In this document: piece after piece, positions 1-13,510 of the stretch
Layout of the letters: each line of letters starts with the position of its first letter
Numbering within the stretch: the first letter of the stretch is position 1
Origin: Octopus vulgaris
Taxonomy: Eukaryota
NCBI GenBank assembly: GCA_951406725.2
Contig: OX597817.1
Location: 100,378,001-100,442,000, forward strand
Direction: 5' to 3'
Length of the DNA stretch: 64,000 nucleotides
Notes under the pieces: model-generated
What the model saw: the letters and a program-made list of their open reading frames with translations, nothing else
Told to the model about the DNA's origin: nothing
Database searches by the model: none
Position numbers and translations under genes: made by a program

Positions 1-417
1 GTGTGTGTGTGTGTGTGTAAAATGCAATTCTTTCTGAGGATTTTATTATAGATGTGGAAATGATATTTTAATGAAAAGATTATTGTAATAAAATAACAAT
101 TTAAGAGATAGTATGTATAAAAATCATTATCTTTGTTTTAATATCTACTTTTACAATGCTTGCATGGGATAGATGAGACTTGTTTAGACAGATTTTTCTG
201 TATCCAGATACTCTTCCTGTTGCCAACCTTCATCTGTTTTTAAGTAAAATAATATTTACCTTCGTCTTTCAAACAATCAACAGCTCAATAGTCAGGAATG
301 TTTTAGTAGAAGATTACAAACAATTTACAACATTTGTATGAATGATAACTTTATTTTCAATCAGTATGTAAATGTCAACTCAAGAAAAAGCAACATAATG
401 TACATACACAATATTTG

Positions 418-580
418 GCAGGCTTCTTACAGTTTTCATTTACCAATTTCACTTACAAGGTATTGGTCAGCCTGTAGCTATAGTTGAAGACATCAGTTAG
501 CAGTGTTCATGCAGTGGAAATGAACCTTAAATTACTTGGTTCCAAAGCAAACTACTTAACAATAAGGCCATATTTGCACC
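418..580 (-). mobile_element. Degenerate tRNA-derived SINE (octopus OK-like) head
   Basis: Reverse complement resembles the better-preserved copies at 40540-40823 and 57309-57445. Confidence 0.55.
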
Positions 581-1304
581 TATAATAATCATATTAAATT
601 ATTGGAAGTATTCTATTTGTAGTGATCTGTCGGAATTGTTTGAAATGTTCAATACCACTTTTACAATTCCCAGAGTTTTCTCAAAGGAGCTTTACTGTTC
701 AGTTTTAAACATGTATGTATATTTTCTGTAGAATTAAGCAGCAAAACTAATATTGCCATAATTTAGTTTGAAACTGTATTTTTTAAATCTACAAGACAAA
801 AAACTAAAACCATAAAGAATTTGCTAATTCATTGATTAGTTATTGTATACATATATATCTAAATAACACACATTGTATATGAAAATTTGAATTTGCTTTT
901 GAATGACAATTAGAGTTAAGATTTTGGTTCTGTCTTCTGCTGATATGATATAAAAAGAAAAACACACCAGCTTTTCAGTTAGTAGGTCAGTTCTTAAAAG
1001 TATATGACCTCTAGCTTTTACTAATACTCACTGTATACTGTCAAATGAAAAAGTATGTTTTAAAAATATATGAAAAATGGTGCTTTTTAAAAGAAAAGAC
1101 ATCATTACATATTCTGAATACTTGTTTCAATTTAGTTCTTTTACCTGCCTTCTGTAGTAACTCTATTTACAGGTTATGCACATAGTAGCTTTTAATTTTT
1201 AATCACTACATATGTCATCATTCTGGTGACTATTGTAGCGTTTTACCATGTGTTTATCTTCAATTTTTTTTTACTTTAGCATAATATGTAACTATTCCTT
1301 TTAG

Positions 1305-1430
1305 AAAAGAAGCCAGCTGCCCCTAAATCCAAATCACCAGGACCTAAAACCTCAGCCTGTAAGAAAGAACCAAAGAAGGCACCTGCAAGAGCTACAAAAA
1401 GCAAAATAAAACAAACAAAAGTTCAAGATG
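1305..1430 (+). CDS. PHF8: KDM7/PHF8-family histone demethylase, internal exon (Lys/Pro-rich linker)
   Basis: tttag acceptor, open frame KKPAAPKSKSPGPK...KVQD, G|GTAACC donor; 126 nt, phase 1-1, matches the next exon. Confidence 0.7.
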
Positions 1431-1706
1431 GTAACCTGGAGTCTTTATTATGTTTTGATATTTAATTATCCATTGCAAATATTACAACTTGCAAACACCC
1501 TAATTGCAAGAAATTTTATGTGAAAAAAAAATACTCATTGTTTTTTTTTTTACTTCGGTACAAGATAAATTTTTGAAATGAGGTATAGTCAATTGAATTG
1601 ATCTTACGTTATCAATTTTGGTAGTATGAAAGGTAAAAATCATCTTCAACAGGATTTGAATATAAATTTGAGAGGATCACAGTTAAAAACTGTAAAGCTA
1701 TTTTAA

Positions 1707-1920
1707 CCCTTTAGTATTCAGATTACTCAGTTAATGTAATGCTTATTTATTCACATTGTTTTGAATTAATTATGCATTATCTTGTAGCTTCAGGATTTTA
1801 ATGATGTGATTGTTTTCTTTTTAGAATGTCATTGTAGGGTAGGTGCAAGAGGCCAGATTCGGTCAGTTTAAGCATAAAGCAGATAGAATATTTGGGCTGG
1901 ATATGGCAGGTTTAAATGCA
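1707..1920. mobile_element. Short TTAA/CCCTTTAG-ended MITE (piggyBac-type); other copies near 23441-23616, 25560-25745, 26732-26863, 27002-27120 and 36645-36968
   Basis: ttaaCCCTTTAG...CTAAAGGGttaa termini are complete at 26728-26867; the internal ATTCACATTGTTTTGAATTAAT core is shared among copies. Confidence 0.65.
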
Positions 1921-2010
1921 AAAAACTTTCTCAACTTCTATTACATATTTTTATTGAAGCATTTTGGTTTCTGCTTTTACTGTTTCATATGTTATTCTTT
2001 TTTGTTTTAG

Positions 2011-4280
2011 ATAACAAAAATTCACTTGGTTATAATCTGGAAGAGCAAGGTATAGAAGTTGCTGATGCCTCCAAATTAAGTTTGAATCTTCAACCAAAAG
2101 TAATGAATACTTTCAAACCAGACCCGCTGACTATAAAAGTTAAAGCAGACTATTCACTACAAAGAGCTGGAAATGATTCTCTTTTGCACTTAGATCAAAG
2201 TACCCTATCGAAAGAGAAAACAAAAGATGAACCAAAAGGTAAAAAGCAGAAAGGGGAACCAAAAGCTAAGAGAGGAGCAGCTAAGAAATCAAAAGATGAA
2301 GAAGTAGTTAATATGAACAAAGAGGATTCTATTTCAAAAAAAGTCAAGAATGAAACTAACTCTAAGACAACAAAAGATTTATCAAATAAAAAAAACAAAT
2401 CTAAAGAACCAGATATAATGATGGAAGCTACTAAAATTGAACCTTTAATGCTAGACACTAAATATGAACTACCATTTTTAGAGACTAGATTTGAGCCTTT
2501 ATTGGAAATTAAGAGTGATACTCCTCCCAAAAAAGCAAAAGGAGAATCTAAAAGGGGCCGAGGGGTAACAAAAAAAATGAAGGAAGAATTGAAAAGTAAA
2601 GGTAGTTCAAAAAAGGGTAAAAATGATAATCTTGAAGTAGAAGTCAAGGAGAATACATCTCTGGATGATTTTGATAATGACCAGTTGGTTATAAATTTAC
2701 AAGACACAAAAACACCAAAAAGAGGGAAAACAGATACAACAGGAAAAAAAACTAAAAGTAAGGCAGCCCCTAGAAAGGCAAAAGATAACTTAAAAGGAAA
2801 TAAAGGAACTCCTGAGTCAATAGAAATTAAGAAATGTTCTCGTCTTGAAGAAACTGAAACTAAAAAATCGAAGATAGAACCTGGAAAAAAGTCAAAGAAT
2901 GAATCTGCAGGGAATAAAAGTAAGATTGATCCTTTATTTCTAAATCTTAGAAAGGATCCACAGTTGGAGAAATCTGATCAGCTACAGCAAAATATTTCAT
3001 CTGTAACCTCAAATCAGACTGATTCCTTGAAAATGGCATGGTCTGATTTACCATTGATGACATCACCTCAGCATGAAAGAAAACCATTAACATCACCTCA
3101 ACCTGATCTACAATCTTTAATGGCTATTCGAGCAAATCTTCAATCTTTGACTTCATCTAGATCAGATTCACAATCATTGACATTGACTAGACAAGATCAT
3201 TCTTCATCAAAACAAAATTCACCTTTAAAATCTCCACAATCAGATCCATTTTCACCTTTGTACAAAAAATCTGGTCCTTTGTTGTCATTGTCCGCTTCCT
3301 CCTCCTCATCTTCATCATCATCATCATTATCATCAACATTATCATCATCAAAACACTCCAAATCAGACCCATTATCACTAACATCTACAAGACCAGACCC
3401 ATTATCTTTAATACAGAAAAAAACAGATTCATCACCATTAACATCTCCCAAAAAAGATTCTTTGTCTTCAGCATCCAAGAAATCAGAAACACTATTTCTT
3501 TTACCCAAAAAACCAGATCCATTGTCTTTAGTACCTAAAAAACCTGATCCATTGTCCTTAATTCCTCCTAAAAAACAAGACCCTCTATCTTTAATACCTA
3601 AAAAACCAGACCCATTATCCCTTTTGCCCCAAAAGCCAGATCCACTTTCTTTAAAAATTACAAAATCAGACTCTTCATTGCTGAGCCCCCAAAATCCTGA
3701 TTCTCCTTCATTGAAATCATGCAGACCTGATGCACTATCATTGGTAACATCCCACAATAATAATTCATTGTCTTTACTAAACAACAGGCCAGATTCTCAA
3801 TCATTATTGGAAACTAAACCTGATCCATTAACTGAAGCATTTATGAACAATAAAGAACCATTAACACCAAAAGATAAATCCATATTAATTAATAGTCCAA
3901 AATCTGAAGTATCGTTAATTAAAAAAATGAGTGTAGATCCATTAGAGCAGTCATGTGGTAAATTAGCAATATGTGAAGAAGTGCCAAACAGTAAAGAAAT
4001 CAGCAAATCTGAAGAAAAAAAAGAGGAGGTCAGTCGAACACTCGTTGATATAAAAGTTGATCAGTTGGCCAGCATCCTGAAGAGTGAAAGTCTTTTAAGT
4101 AAAGCTCGACTCAGCACATTAAAACCGCTTGATATCCAAGCGAAAGATAAAGAAGTTGATCAGCCTGCTTCATCATTACCAACAACAAAACATGTGGAGA
4201 AGTTACCTGTGAAAGAGAAAGTGCCCAGCAGTCCAGCAGGGAAGTTAAAGCAATCTACTGATCTAGTTGCTGGAAACAAA
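2011..4280 (+). CDS. PHF8: KDM7/PHF8-family, giant low-complexity exon (Lys-rich, then Ser/DPLSL repeats)
   Basis: Falls within the 783-aa ORF; ttttag acceptor at 2010, AAA|GTAAGA donor at 4281; phases fit both neighbouring exons. Confidence 0.8.
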
Positions 4281-4929
4281 GTAAGAAGTTTGTCACATGT
4301 TATTCCAGTTATTACTATACAGAAGTTGTGGCTTGTATGAACTCATAAAAAGACTAAATGTTTCACTGCATAATTTTTTAATTGGATAATTGTATTAGAT
4401 TTATATTGATTAAAATTTAGTCTGCTTCAAATTGAAGGCAAAAAATTGAATATAATCTATTTGACATATATAGATTCAACTTCTTTTTTTGTGTGTATGC
4501 ATCTACAATATACTTTATATAGCTGATATTCTTTATTATTATTATTATTATTACTATTCAACGTTTGGTAGTTTCAGGCAAATTTCTACTGTATCACCTG
4601 CTACACCTTCATGTTGCTGGAGTGTGTGCAGCATTACGTGTTCTTTTTTGTTGTTGGGTGAGTGCAAACTCTTCCCGGTATTGTATAGCGTCAGTTTCTT
4701 TTGTTATGGGGTCTGATGCAGTCTTTTGTTGTATTAGTGTTTGTGTTGTGTGTGTTTAATATGAGTTGTGTTCATCTGTCAGCCTGCTAGTGGTTGGTTA
4801 TGTTATTGGGTATTTGCTGTATAGAGTGTCTTGTGTTTGTGGATGGTTTTGTTTGGGTTGTATTATTAAATTGATAGTGTCTTGTGTAGGATGTGGGCTG
4901 TTCCTAGCAGGGTTATTTTTTGGATAGTG

Positions 4930-5225
4930 TATAGTATCGAGGGTCCAGTTATAGCTTCTACATATGTTTTTTTATCATGCCCAATGCTCCAGTTATTACT
5001 GGTATTGTTTTCACCTTCACACCCCACATCTTGAATGCTTAAATTTTGAGGTCTTTGTACTTCAGCAATTTCTTAGCTTCTTTTTGAGCAATATATTAGT
5101 TAGAAAGGACTGCAATGTCTATCAGTAAGCAGGTGTTTTTTTTCCCCCCCAATCCTTGATTATTATATCTGGATGATTAACTTTATTTCATTGTCAGTTT
5201 GATTGTACCCAGATGATTGTACCAT
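4930..5225 (-). mobile_element. R4/NeSL-type non-LTR retrotransposon C-terminal RLE fragment (decayed)
   Basis: Minus translation NHPDIIIKD...TCLLIDIAV...KKLLKYKDL...MWGVKVKTIPVITGALG, a PD-D restriction-like endonuclease motif, with stops. Confidence 0.7.
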
Positions 5226-5927
5226 ACATATCTACAAGAGTGCTTGTACTCTGGTATCAACCCACTATCAAATAGAACCCAATGTAGTCTGGTGAGCATG
5301 TAAGTTAGTCAGAAGAGATGGTATAATGGAATCAGCTGTTCAAAAATGGAACTTCTCAGTTGTACTTACTGTTGTTCACTTTATGTTCCTATGGTTCTTG
5401 AGCATTCTTTTTCATGTCTGCAATGTAGAAGTTCCATTTCTTAGTGATGATCAAAAGAGCACTATTTATACTCTCTTATTCTCTGCTTTTTAAATGATAG
5501 GCTTGAAGATTGATTCAGGTTGGCAAAAGCAGCATAGGCTTTACAAATCTTGTAGTTATTTTTGTGGTATTATTACATGGGGCCAAGTAGATAAGTAAAT
5601 TTGTTAGCCAGCAAAGAACATTTAGAGGTTAGTATTGAGTTTAAGACAATTCAGTTTAGTATTGTAATAGTACATTGAGATAGGGATAGTTTTATAAATG
5701 TTTGATGATTCCTGTTGCTTGGCCAAGATCTTTTAGTCAGTTCTTGGTTTAGTAAAGCTATTTCATCTGTATGTCTCATTTAAAAAAATGAGCATATTAC
5801 AGTAACAAACAAGAATAGAGGATATTTTAGTCTTTTACTTAAGTCTGTTTAATTTTAATTAAGATAAAATATTGTTGTAAATATTTGAAAGTAAATTGAT
5901 AATTCAGATGGAATCTTTTATTTCCAG

Positions 5928-6196
5928 ACATCAGCAAATACAATGTTGGATTCTACATCTAAACCAGAGACAATAATCAGTCTGAAAGCTGAACTACATG
6001 CAAAACAGCTTGCAATGCAAGCAAAAATTGCTGAAGAAGAAGGGGGTAATAAGAAAGACTTGTCTGTAACAGAAACTGAGCAGTCTAAGAGAATGAATAT
6101 GCCTACTATAAGGGGTGGGCTCAACTGTGGCATTGCAGACATTTTGGAGGCCAGTGGCTATGGAACAGAAACTGATTTCCAAGTGGATGAGGATGT
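5928..6196 (+). CDS. PHF8: KDM7/PHF8-family exon
   Basis: tttccag acceptor, TSANTMLDS...GIADILEAS...QVDEDV, GT|GTAAGT donor. Confidence 0.8.
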
Positions 6197-6828
6197 GTAA
6201 GTATTCATATACTTGTCATATTTCAATAAGTATGATTGTCTTAATTTTCACACTATAATCAGACCCCTCTCACAACATTGTATTTACAAAATGATTACTA
6301 TTTATCACAATAGACTTTTCTTTAAGTATATATATATATGTAACTGAAATAATGCCAGCACTTCCTTTCCCCATTTATCATGCCCTTCCTATGCACCTCA
6401 GCTTCTTATAACAACTACCTCTCAGAAGTAATGAAATAGAAATAACTCATACCACACACTGTTTTACACCAATCATTTCTCTGAAGGAATGAAATAGAAA
6501 ATGTTAGAGAGAATTGTCAGACAGATGAGTGTATTGTCATTGCCTAACAATATGTTCCACCATGTTAGGTGTTGGCTAGTCTTGGTGCCAACAAGGAAAC
6601 TTCTTCATGGGTGTTTGCATTACTGGAAACAGCAGCAAAATCTCCTTCAGATTACATCATACCATCTTAAATAATGGATATGTCAGACATTATAGTTACT
6701 GATGTACAAAAAGAGGAGATGATCATAACTAGAATGTTGTTAATCATAGATCTATTTTTGAAGAATTGATCTGAAGCCATGTGACAACAGTCAAGTTCCT
6801 AATGCCAACTACTTTACAGAGTGGATCT

Positions 6829-7045
6829 TTTTATTTTTACTTGTTTTAATCATAAGATTGCGGCTATGCTAGGCACCGCCTTAAAGAATTTTTAGTTGAA
6901 TGAATTGACCTCAGTACTTTTTTTTTTAAGCTTGGTACTTATTTTATTGATCTCTTTTGTTAAACTGTTAAGTTACAGGGATGCAAACATACCAACACCA
7001 GTTGTCAAGCAGGTGTGTGTGTGTGTGTGTGTGTGCGTGTGTGTA
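6829..7045 (-). mobile_element. SINE 3' tail region with (GT)n
   Basis: Reverse complement matches the SINE tail at 58490-58695. Confidence 0.6.
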
Positions 7046-7079
7046 GCAGACATAGTATGTGTCTCTGCATACTGAATAC

Positions 7080-8220
7080 TTTTTAATGCGGCACCAACAG
7101 CAGTGAGGTCACTAATTAATATACAAGACAAGCCCCCTCAGGTGGGTGGTGGGTAGTATGATTAGCGGTATTTTGTGCATCTTTATGTTTTGAGTTGTGC
7201 CAGGTGTTGAGAGGTTAGAGTATGATAGAGAGGCAGAAATAGGCATCCTGCTGTAAAGGAAATACATGGTTGCCTCAATAAGAGAGAGAAAAGAGAGCCA
7301 GGAAGAGGAGGGAGAAGATCTGATGGGGAACACATCATGCTACAGAGTAGTATATCTAAGTGAAGTGGGACCAACAGTGGGATAGAGTGAGTGGGTGGGT
7401 AAGTTTATAAAATTGCAAAAGGAGAGGTGCAGAGAGGAAATGTTGTGAGTGGACAGAAATAAAGTGATGGGGTGTTAGGAGGATGTGTTGTGGGGAAGGG
7501 ATTCAACATGGATGATTGGGAGATAGAGGGGAGGGGGTGTAGCAGATGGTGAGTACAAGTGGTGGGGATAGAAGCTGGGAAGGTGAGATGTGGGGAAAGA
7601 GGGTTGCAGGGAAAGACTGTCTGCTGGCTGAGGTAGGGAGTGGAGTTAAACATAAATCACATTCCTTTATGGTCTTGATTTTATTTAGTCTCAAGCACAA
7701 TAAATCACCAACTGTCTCAGTCCTTTGTCATCTCGTCTGTGAAGCTCAGCTTCTTTAGATCATTTTTCACCAATTTGTCCCATATCTTTTGAGTCATCCT
7801 CTTTCACAGGTTCCCTCCACATGTAGTGATTGGTGCTGTTTGATGCCTCTGTCTTCATCCATGTGCATCACCTGACCATACCAGATTAGCCTTCTCTTTT
7901 GTGCACTATATATTGATGCCGCTTACACCCAATTTGTCGCTTAGCACATTTCCACTTTGTCATACATATACACACTGACATTGCACATCCTGTGAAGTAT
8001 GTTGGCTTCATTTCTCTCAAGCTTTTGTATGTTCTCTGCTGTCACAGCCCATGTTTCACTTCCATGTAGCATAGCTGTTTGTGCACAAGCATTGTATAAT
8101 CTGCCTTTCACTCTGAAGGAGAGGCTCTTTGTTACCAACAAAAGTAATAACTCTCTGAACTTTGCCTTGTCAGTTCTTCTAATATTAGTAACTATGCTTT
8201 CATGTCACCTAGGTAACAAA
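7080..8220 (-). mobile_element. RTE LINE 3' fragment (ORF end plus long pyrimidine-rich 3' UTR)
   Basis: ORF KGRLYNACAQTAMLHGSETWAVT...LERNE matches the RTE C-terminus also seen at 28100-28260 and 51980-52240. Confidence 0.75.
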
Positions 8221-8270
8221 AACTTCCTAGTATATATATAAACATAAAGTCAGAAAGTTTGAGAGTTGAA

Positions 8271-8453
8271 TCATCATCATCATTTAGCATCCACTTTCCA
8301 TGCTAGCATGGGTTGGATGGTTCAACTGGGGTCTGTGAAGCCAGAAGGCTGCATCAGGCCCAGTCTGATCTGGCAGTGTTTCTACGGCTGGATGCCCTTC
8401 CTAATGCCAACCACTCCGTGAGTGTAGTGGGTGCTTTTTACGTGCCACCTGCA
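8271..8453 (-). mobile_element. 5'-truncated RTE 3' end / RTE-dependent short retroposon with (ATG)n tail
   Basis: (cat)n-TTTCCATGCTAGCATGGG...GGATGCCCTTCCTAATGCCAACC, the same as the 3' end of the LINE at 27310. Confidence 0.75.
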
Positions 8454-8947
8454 CATATATTTATTTATTTAACCAAATGACTTGAATTATGGTTGTTTTG
8501 TAACCTTCTTCGTAGTATTAATTTCTGTATGTAAGAAATTATGCATAATGTGTACACGTTTGCATTAATAAGTATACTCAGCATTATACAAAGCAATTGT
8601 ATATTCAAAAATTAATGCAAATGAAGAAAGCTAGCTCATCAGATGACCACAACATCATGATTACATCATGTAATACAGTAGCAGCCATAATATATGGGTC
8701 AGTAAGAACAAGTGTATTGAGATATTTATTATAGAAGATTAACAAAACATTGAGACTAGATATTCTACACATATTTAGATATATCTAATATCTATCTTTC
8801 ATGAAAATTTCAAGTGAATGGAATAAATATTTCTTAAGTTATGGGGAAATAACCAAATATTCTTCCAAACTGCAATGGCCAAATGTTAAGGGTCACTTAG
8901 AAAAACAATGTAAAATGGAACAAGAACAAAAAAGAAACCCCTACTAT

Positions 8948-9680
8948 TAATATTTTGTGAAAATCCCTTTACTATCAATGACCTCCTGACATCAGTTATC
9001 ACAGGACTGAATTAATTTCTTGCAAAATGATGAAGTAATATTGTTCCATTTTTGTTTTTCAATAATTCCTGGCATTCATCTTGGTTCTTTGGATTTCTCC
9101 TATGCACCCCATCTCCAATAATCTTCCAAACGTTTTCTGTAGGGTTTAGATCAGGACTTTAAGGTGGCCAGTCCATGAAATCAACCCCTTCATCAGTCAA
9201 AAACTCTTTGACTCTCTTCGCAGTATGACAGGGAGCGTTGTCCTGCATGAAGATAAGAGGTTGAACTGACGAGGATCGGAGATGTGGAAAGGCATGCTGT
9301 CTAAGAATCTACTTGTAGATTTCAGCATTGACAGTCCCTTGTAGGTGAATAAATGGACAAGGACCAGCAGCAGAGATCACTCCCTATGCAATTACACTGC
9401 CTTCTCCATATTTCACTGTCTTCTTCACACATGCATAAGATAATCTTTTGCCACTTCTTTGTCGGACGTACATCCTGCCATGAGAACCAATCACATTAAA
9501 CTTTAATTCATCGCTAAAATGAACCTGTGATCACTGTTCTTCTGTCTAAACGACATGTTCATGAGCAAAACAATGACAGACTCATTGATTCTGCTTGGAG
9601 ATGAGATTTGTTTTTGCTGGTGCCTGAATGAGCAACCCAGAACCTCATCACCTCCGAGAAACTTTTTTGCGCAATGCGTT
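8948..9680 (-). pseudogene. Tc1/mariner (DD34E-type) transposase remnant
   Basis: Minus translation FMQDNAPCHTAKRVKEFL...MDWPP*SPDLNPTENVWKII...KGIFTKY; in-frame stops. Confidence 0.85.
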
Positions 9681-9863
9681 GACATTGTGTGCGTGTGTGT
9701 ATATATATATATATATATATTGCCACACCCTAGTGGTGTAAATAGTTAAATTTAGTTAATATATTTTCAGTGGGCATTACAAATATTCATTTGCTTAAAT
9801 CATCTAAATATGCATAAATTATTTGTTTAATTAAATATGACATTTTTGTATTTCTTTATTTAG

Positions 9864-10048
9864 CAGTGCTCCATCACCGACAATGCGGGATGCCATTCAA
9901 GGCATGCTATCTATGAGTCGTATGGGGAGCCCACAGTTGTTTTCAGGAGGTGCTGCTTTAGGTACTGGTAAAGGTCGTAAACAATGGTCAGGACCACAAC
10001 CTGATGAAGAAGAACAATTGGGTGTTTGCTATAAAGATGATGAATACA
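9864..10048 (+). CDS. PHF8: KDM7/PHF8-family exon (NAGNAG acceptor)
   Basis: SAPSPTMRDAIQGMLSM and LGVCYKDDEY match the PHF8/PHF2 motifs EAIQGML and LGACFKDAEY; A|GTAAGT donor. Confidence 0.9.
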
Positions 10049-11629
10049 GTAAGTATACTCTTTGTAAAAATGAGAAATTAGTCAAAAATTATAAAACAAA
10101 CAACAAAACCATTAAACATATTGCCAAAATGTATACTTATTTTCTTTTAAAGCATTTTAACCTGCAGAGGAAGGATTGTACTCATTGTTTTTGTAAGGCC
10201 TCTATGGCTGGTGAGGTCATTGTGGTTTCCCATAGTGAATAGTGAAAATGTAGACATACAGAGTGTTGCAGAATGTTGCATTTCAAGCAATGATAGATGG
10301 GGCAAAGTGTTTAGTGGAGGGTTTTAGTAGCAAGACAATGGGTATGATGTGAGGAAGATGAATTTGGGTGATAGTGGTATACTAATTACTTGTTCAGAAG
10401 AGCAGGAAATGTTATAGTAAGGGTATGATATGCATAATGAGGGCACAATTTGTCAGTATGTTAGTGGCTCTGGTGTTATAGTAAGTAAAAGTTCAACAAT
10501 GTTGGTAGGCATTTGTAGGTGCGTAGTCTAGAATATTTGTGCATATAACAGTTACTCTGTCCCAGATATGAAAGCAGTATTCTAGTTTGAGTTAAGGTAG
10601 TTTTGACTCAGAAGTGAAAGCTTAGCATTTCAGTTGCAATTTGATTTATAAATATGTAGCCACCTTGAGATGATCAGAGTTTTGAAACCAAGCATTTATA
10701 GAAATTGTGAAGATTTTAGTTGTAAGTTTTTTTTTATGAATAAAGATGATATGGGTTTGAATATTTTCTAGATGTGGTGTTCTTGAAAGAAATTTGGTTG
10801 TCATGACTGATGTTTTCAGGATTTTCATTCATTAAAGTTGTTTCTGTTAATAGAATTTGGATTGAAGCATAACTTTTCTGTGTATCAACTATGATGGAGT
10901 GATCTATCAAGAAACTGGTAATCCAAGCAATGAGAGTTCATTGTAGCTCATAGATAAGCTGTTTCATTAGATGTTCTTAAGTTTTCCAGATATCAAAGAT
11001 AACGACATTACCTTTGTTGTAGAAATCACTTGTTTGATGTAGGTTAATGGTTGATCTACCAAAACTGTATTGCTAGTTACTGTGAAAGACAAAAACATAT
11101 GGTAACAAAAGATGTATTTATTCATGAATGTTCATCAAAGCTGAGATATTGCAAGTGAGGCAATAGGTTGAGTAAATATGGGCTCATCTTTTTGTAGATG
11201 GGATACACTTTGCATGTTTCCACCCATTGAAGTTGATATGGATAGCGAGGAAAAATGTTTAGTGGGGATAGTCTAGCTCCACAGGATAATGTTGAAAGTG
11301 ATAGAAAGAACACTACCATAATTATCTACCTTTCTGGGAAAATAAATATTATTTTTCATGATATATATTTACATGATGCAAAATATGAAAAAATCATGCA
11401 TATATGCATGTGTGAAATCATATTTAATATGTATAGCCGGGATCATTTTACAAATTAATTTTGTAAACAATGGCTCAGCAATGCCATCACTAATTTTAAG
11501 AATTTCTTGATTTGTCATCAAAGTAAGGTTTAGTAATTTGCTTCTTTTTACAGAGTTGTGTCTGTCTATTATAAAGTTGACAGCTTAGCTGCTGTTAATT
11601 AGTAATGTATTGATTATTTATAATGGAAA

Positions 11630-11988
11630 TTGCAGCTGTGATACCAGTGCCGGAGGTACGTAAGAGAACCATCCGAACGTGGTCGCTGCCAGCGCTGCCC
11701 CGACCGGCCTTGTGCCGGTGGCACGTAAAAAGCACCATCCGCTCGTGGCCATTGCCAGCCTCGCCTGGCCCCTGTGCTGGTGGCACATAAAAAGCGCCAT
11801 CCGATCATAGCCGTTTGCCAGCCTCGTCTGGTACCTGTGCTGGTGGCACGTAAAAAGCACCCACTACACTCACGGAGTGGTTGGTGTTAGGAAGGGCATC
11901 CAGCCATAGAAACATTGCCAGACTGGGCCTGGTGCAGCCTTGAACCATCCAACCCATGCTAGCATGGAAAATGGATGCTAAATGATGA
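11630..11988 (+). mobile_element. RTE 3'-end copy with internal ~60-bp tandem GGCACGTAAAAAGCACC repeats
   Basis: GGAAGGGCATCCAGC core, CATGCTAGCATG palindrome and ATGATG tail. Confidence 0.75.
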
Positions 11989-12497
11989 ACGAAACAGCAG
12001 AATTGTTATCTCACAGAAATATCTAGAGTTGATATTAGTGTGATAGTGTTACAGAAATATAATAAAAACTTATTTTTATTATCCACAATCTTTCTCAGGA
12101 CCTTCAATGGGGAATGTTATCCTCAGATCAAAGACCAGGCCCGAATGCTTGCAACACTGGACTTTGCTAAAAGCATCTAAGAGTCAGATGGTGGTGTTAA
12201 ACTGGGTGACAGATTAAGTCTATTCCCCAGTAACAGGAATGGTCCCTCGGGTTTCTTTCCACACTGTTTCAGTTTACTAAATTTCCTTCATAAGGTTTTG
12301 GTCAGCCTTATGTGAATCATGAGATCAGCCAAAAAATTGTGAAAAATCTTGAGATTCACAAAGGATTTGGAATTTACAGTTTTTGAAGTAACCTTGTACA
12401 TGTAGCAATTACAGAACTTCACTTTAATTTAAAGCTGCAATGAGTTCTATGTATATCTTTACTCATTATTTTTTCTGCTATTTTATTTCCTTTCTAG

Positions 12498-12590
12498 TTT
12501 ATCCATCTTTAGACATATCTGATGATGAAGATCCACATATATTTAAACCTAGAGGCAAGCAGAAAAAGGATGAAACGTGGAATCCAAAAG
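12498..12590 (+). CDS. PHF8: KDM7/PHF8-family exon
   Basis: (I)YPSLDISDDEDPHIFKPRGKQKKDETWNPK resembles PHF8/PHF2 YPSLESDDD...WSPK; 93 nt, phase 1-1. Confidence 0.9.
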
Positions 12591-13400
12591 GTGTTACATT
12601 TTCTCTCAAGTTCTTTTTAAAACTCTTTCTTCTTTATACTTCAAAAATTCTGGCTAAAATATTTTCTTTTAAATGCCTATAAGGAATTGTGTATTTGCAG
12701 ATTCTTCTTTTCGCAACTGGTGAAATTGATATAGATGATGCTTGGCATAAGCATTTGTGGCTAAATGTTTGTGAAAATGCATTGGTGGTTAGAGATTTTC
12801 TGAACGTTGTAAGTTCTCATTAGGAGAAGCTGGGTGAAGTGTTTTAACTGAAGTTGAGACACAGTGAAGATAATGAGAAGAGGAAAGATATGTGTGAAGA
12901 GTATATGCATGTAGATACTTGAGAAGAGGAAGGAGTATATGGAGAAACTGAGTATCTGAGAGCTTGTGAACATGTTGGTGCATGAATCATTGACAGTCAC
13001 TTGATCTATAGTTATAATTATTATGGACCTTACAATGAAAGTAAAAACATAAATCCAAAATTAATACAAGTGATCCCTGAGGATATGCTTTTAGTACAAT
13101 AATTATTTATAAAAAGAAGACGCTGATATAAAAAATCTTTCTCAAACTTCAGTTTTCTGCTCTTGATTATGGTAAAAAATTGGTAAACGAAAGTATCTTG
13201 TATTTAAATAAAGCATAAAGATTGAATGACTATAATTCAAAATATGTCAGAAGTCTAAATCTCCCAATATATACATCTAATGTTTGTTGTGAAGTGTTAA
13301 TCAAAGTATGAGGTGATGATTAAAATATTGCAACATTAGGAATTTTGTCATCATAATTTTCCTCTCAATTTAATGGAAAATATTTCATTTCTATTTTCAG

Positions 13401-13510
13401 CACGTGTTCAAGTTTCTGGTGAAAAGCGGGAACGAGTAGCACGTGATAATGCTCGTAGGGAATCAATGGAAAGCACATTGGCAGCAACAGCAGCAAAATA
13501 TGAAACTATT
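13401..13510 (+). CDS. PHF8: KDM7/PHF8-family exon
   Basis: ARVQVSGEKRERVARDNARRESMESTLAATAAK resembles PHF8 ARV...[22 protein letters not shown]; canonical splice sites. Confidence 0.9.

Noticed and set aside
2195-4006. Minus-strand ORFs of 170, 195 and 69 aa
   Set aside because: Antisense shadows of the low-complexity KDM7 exon, with no independent motifs
10250-11320. Possible ancient CR1/Jockey-like RT remnant on the minus strand
   Set aside because: Only faint motif traces, not enough to support a call
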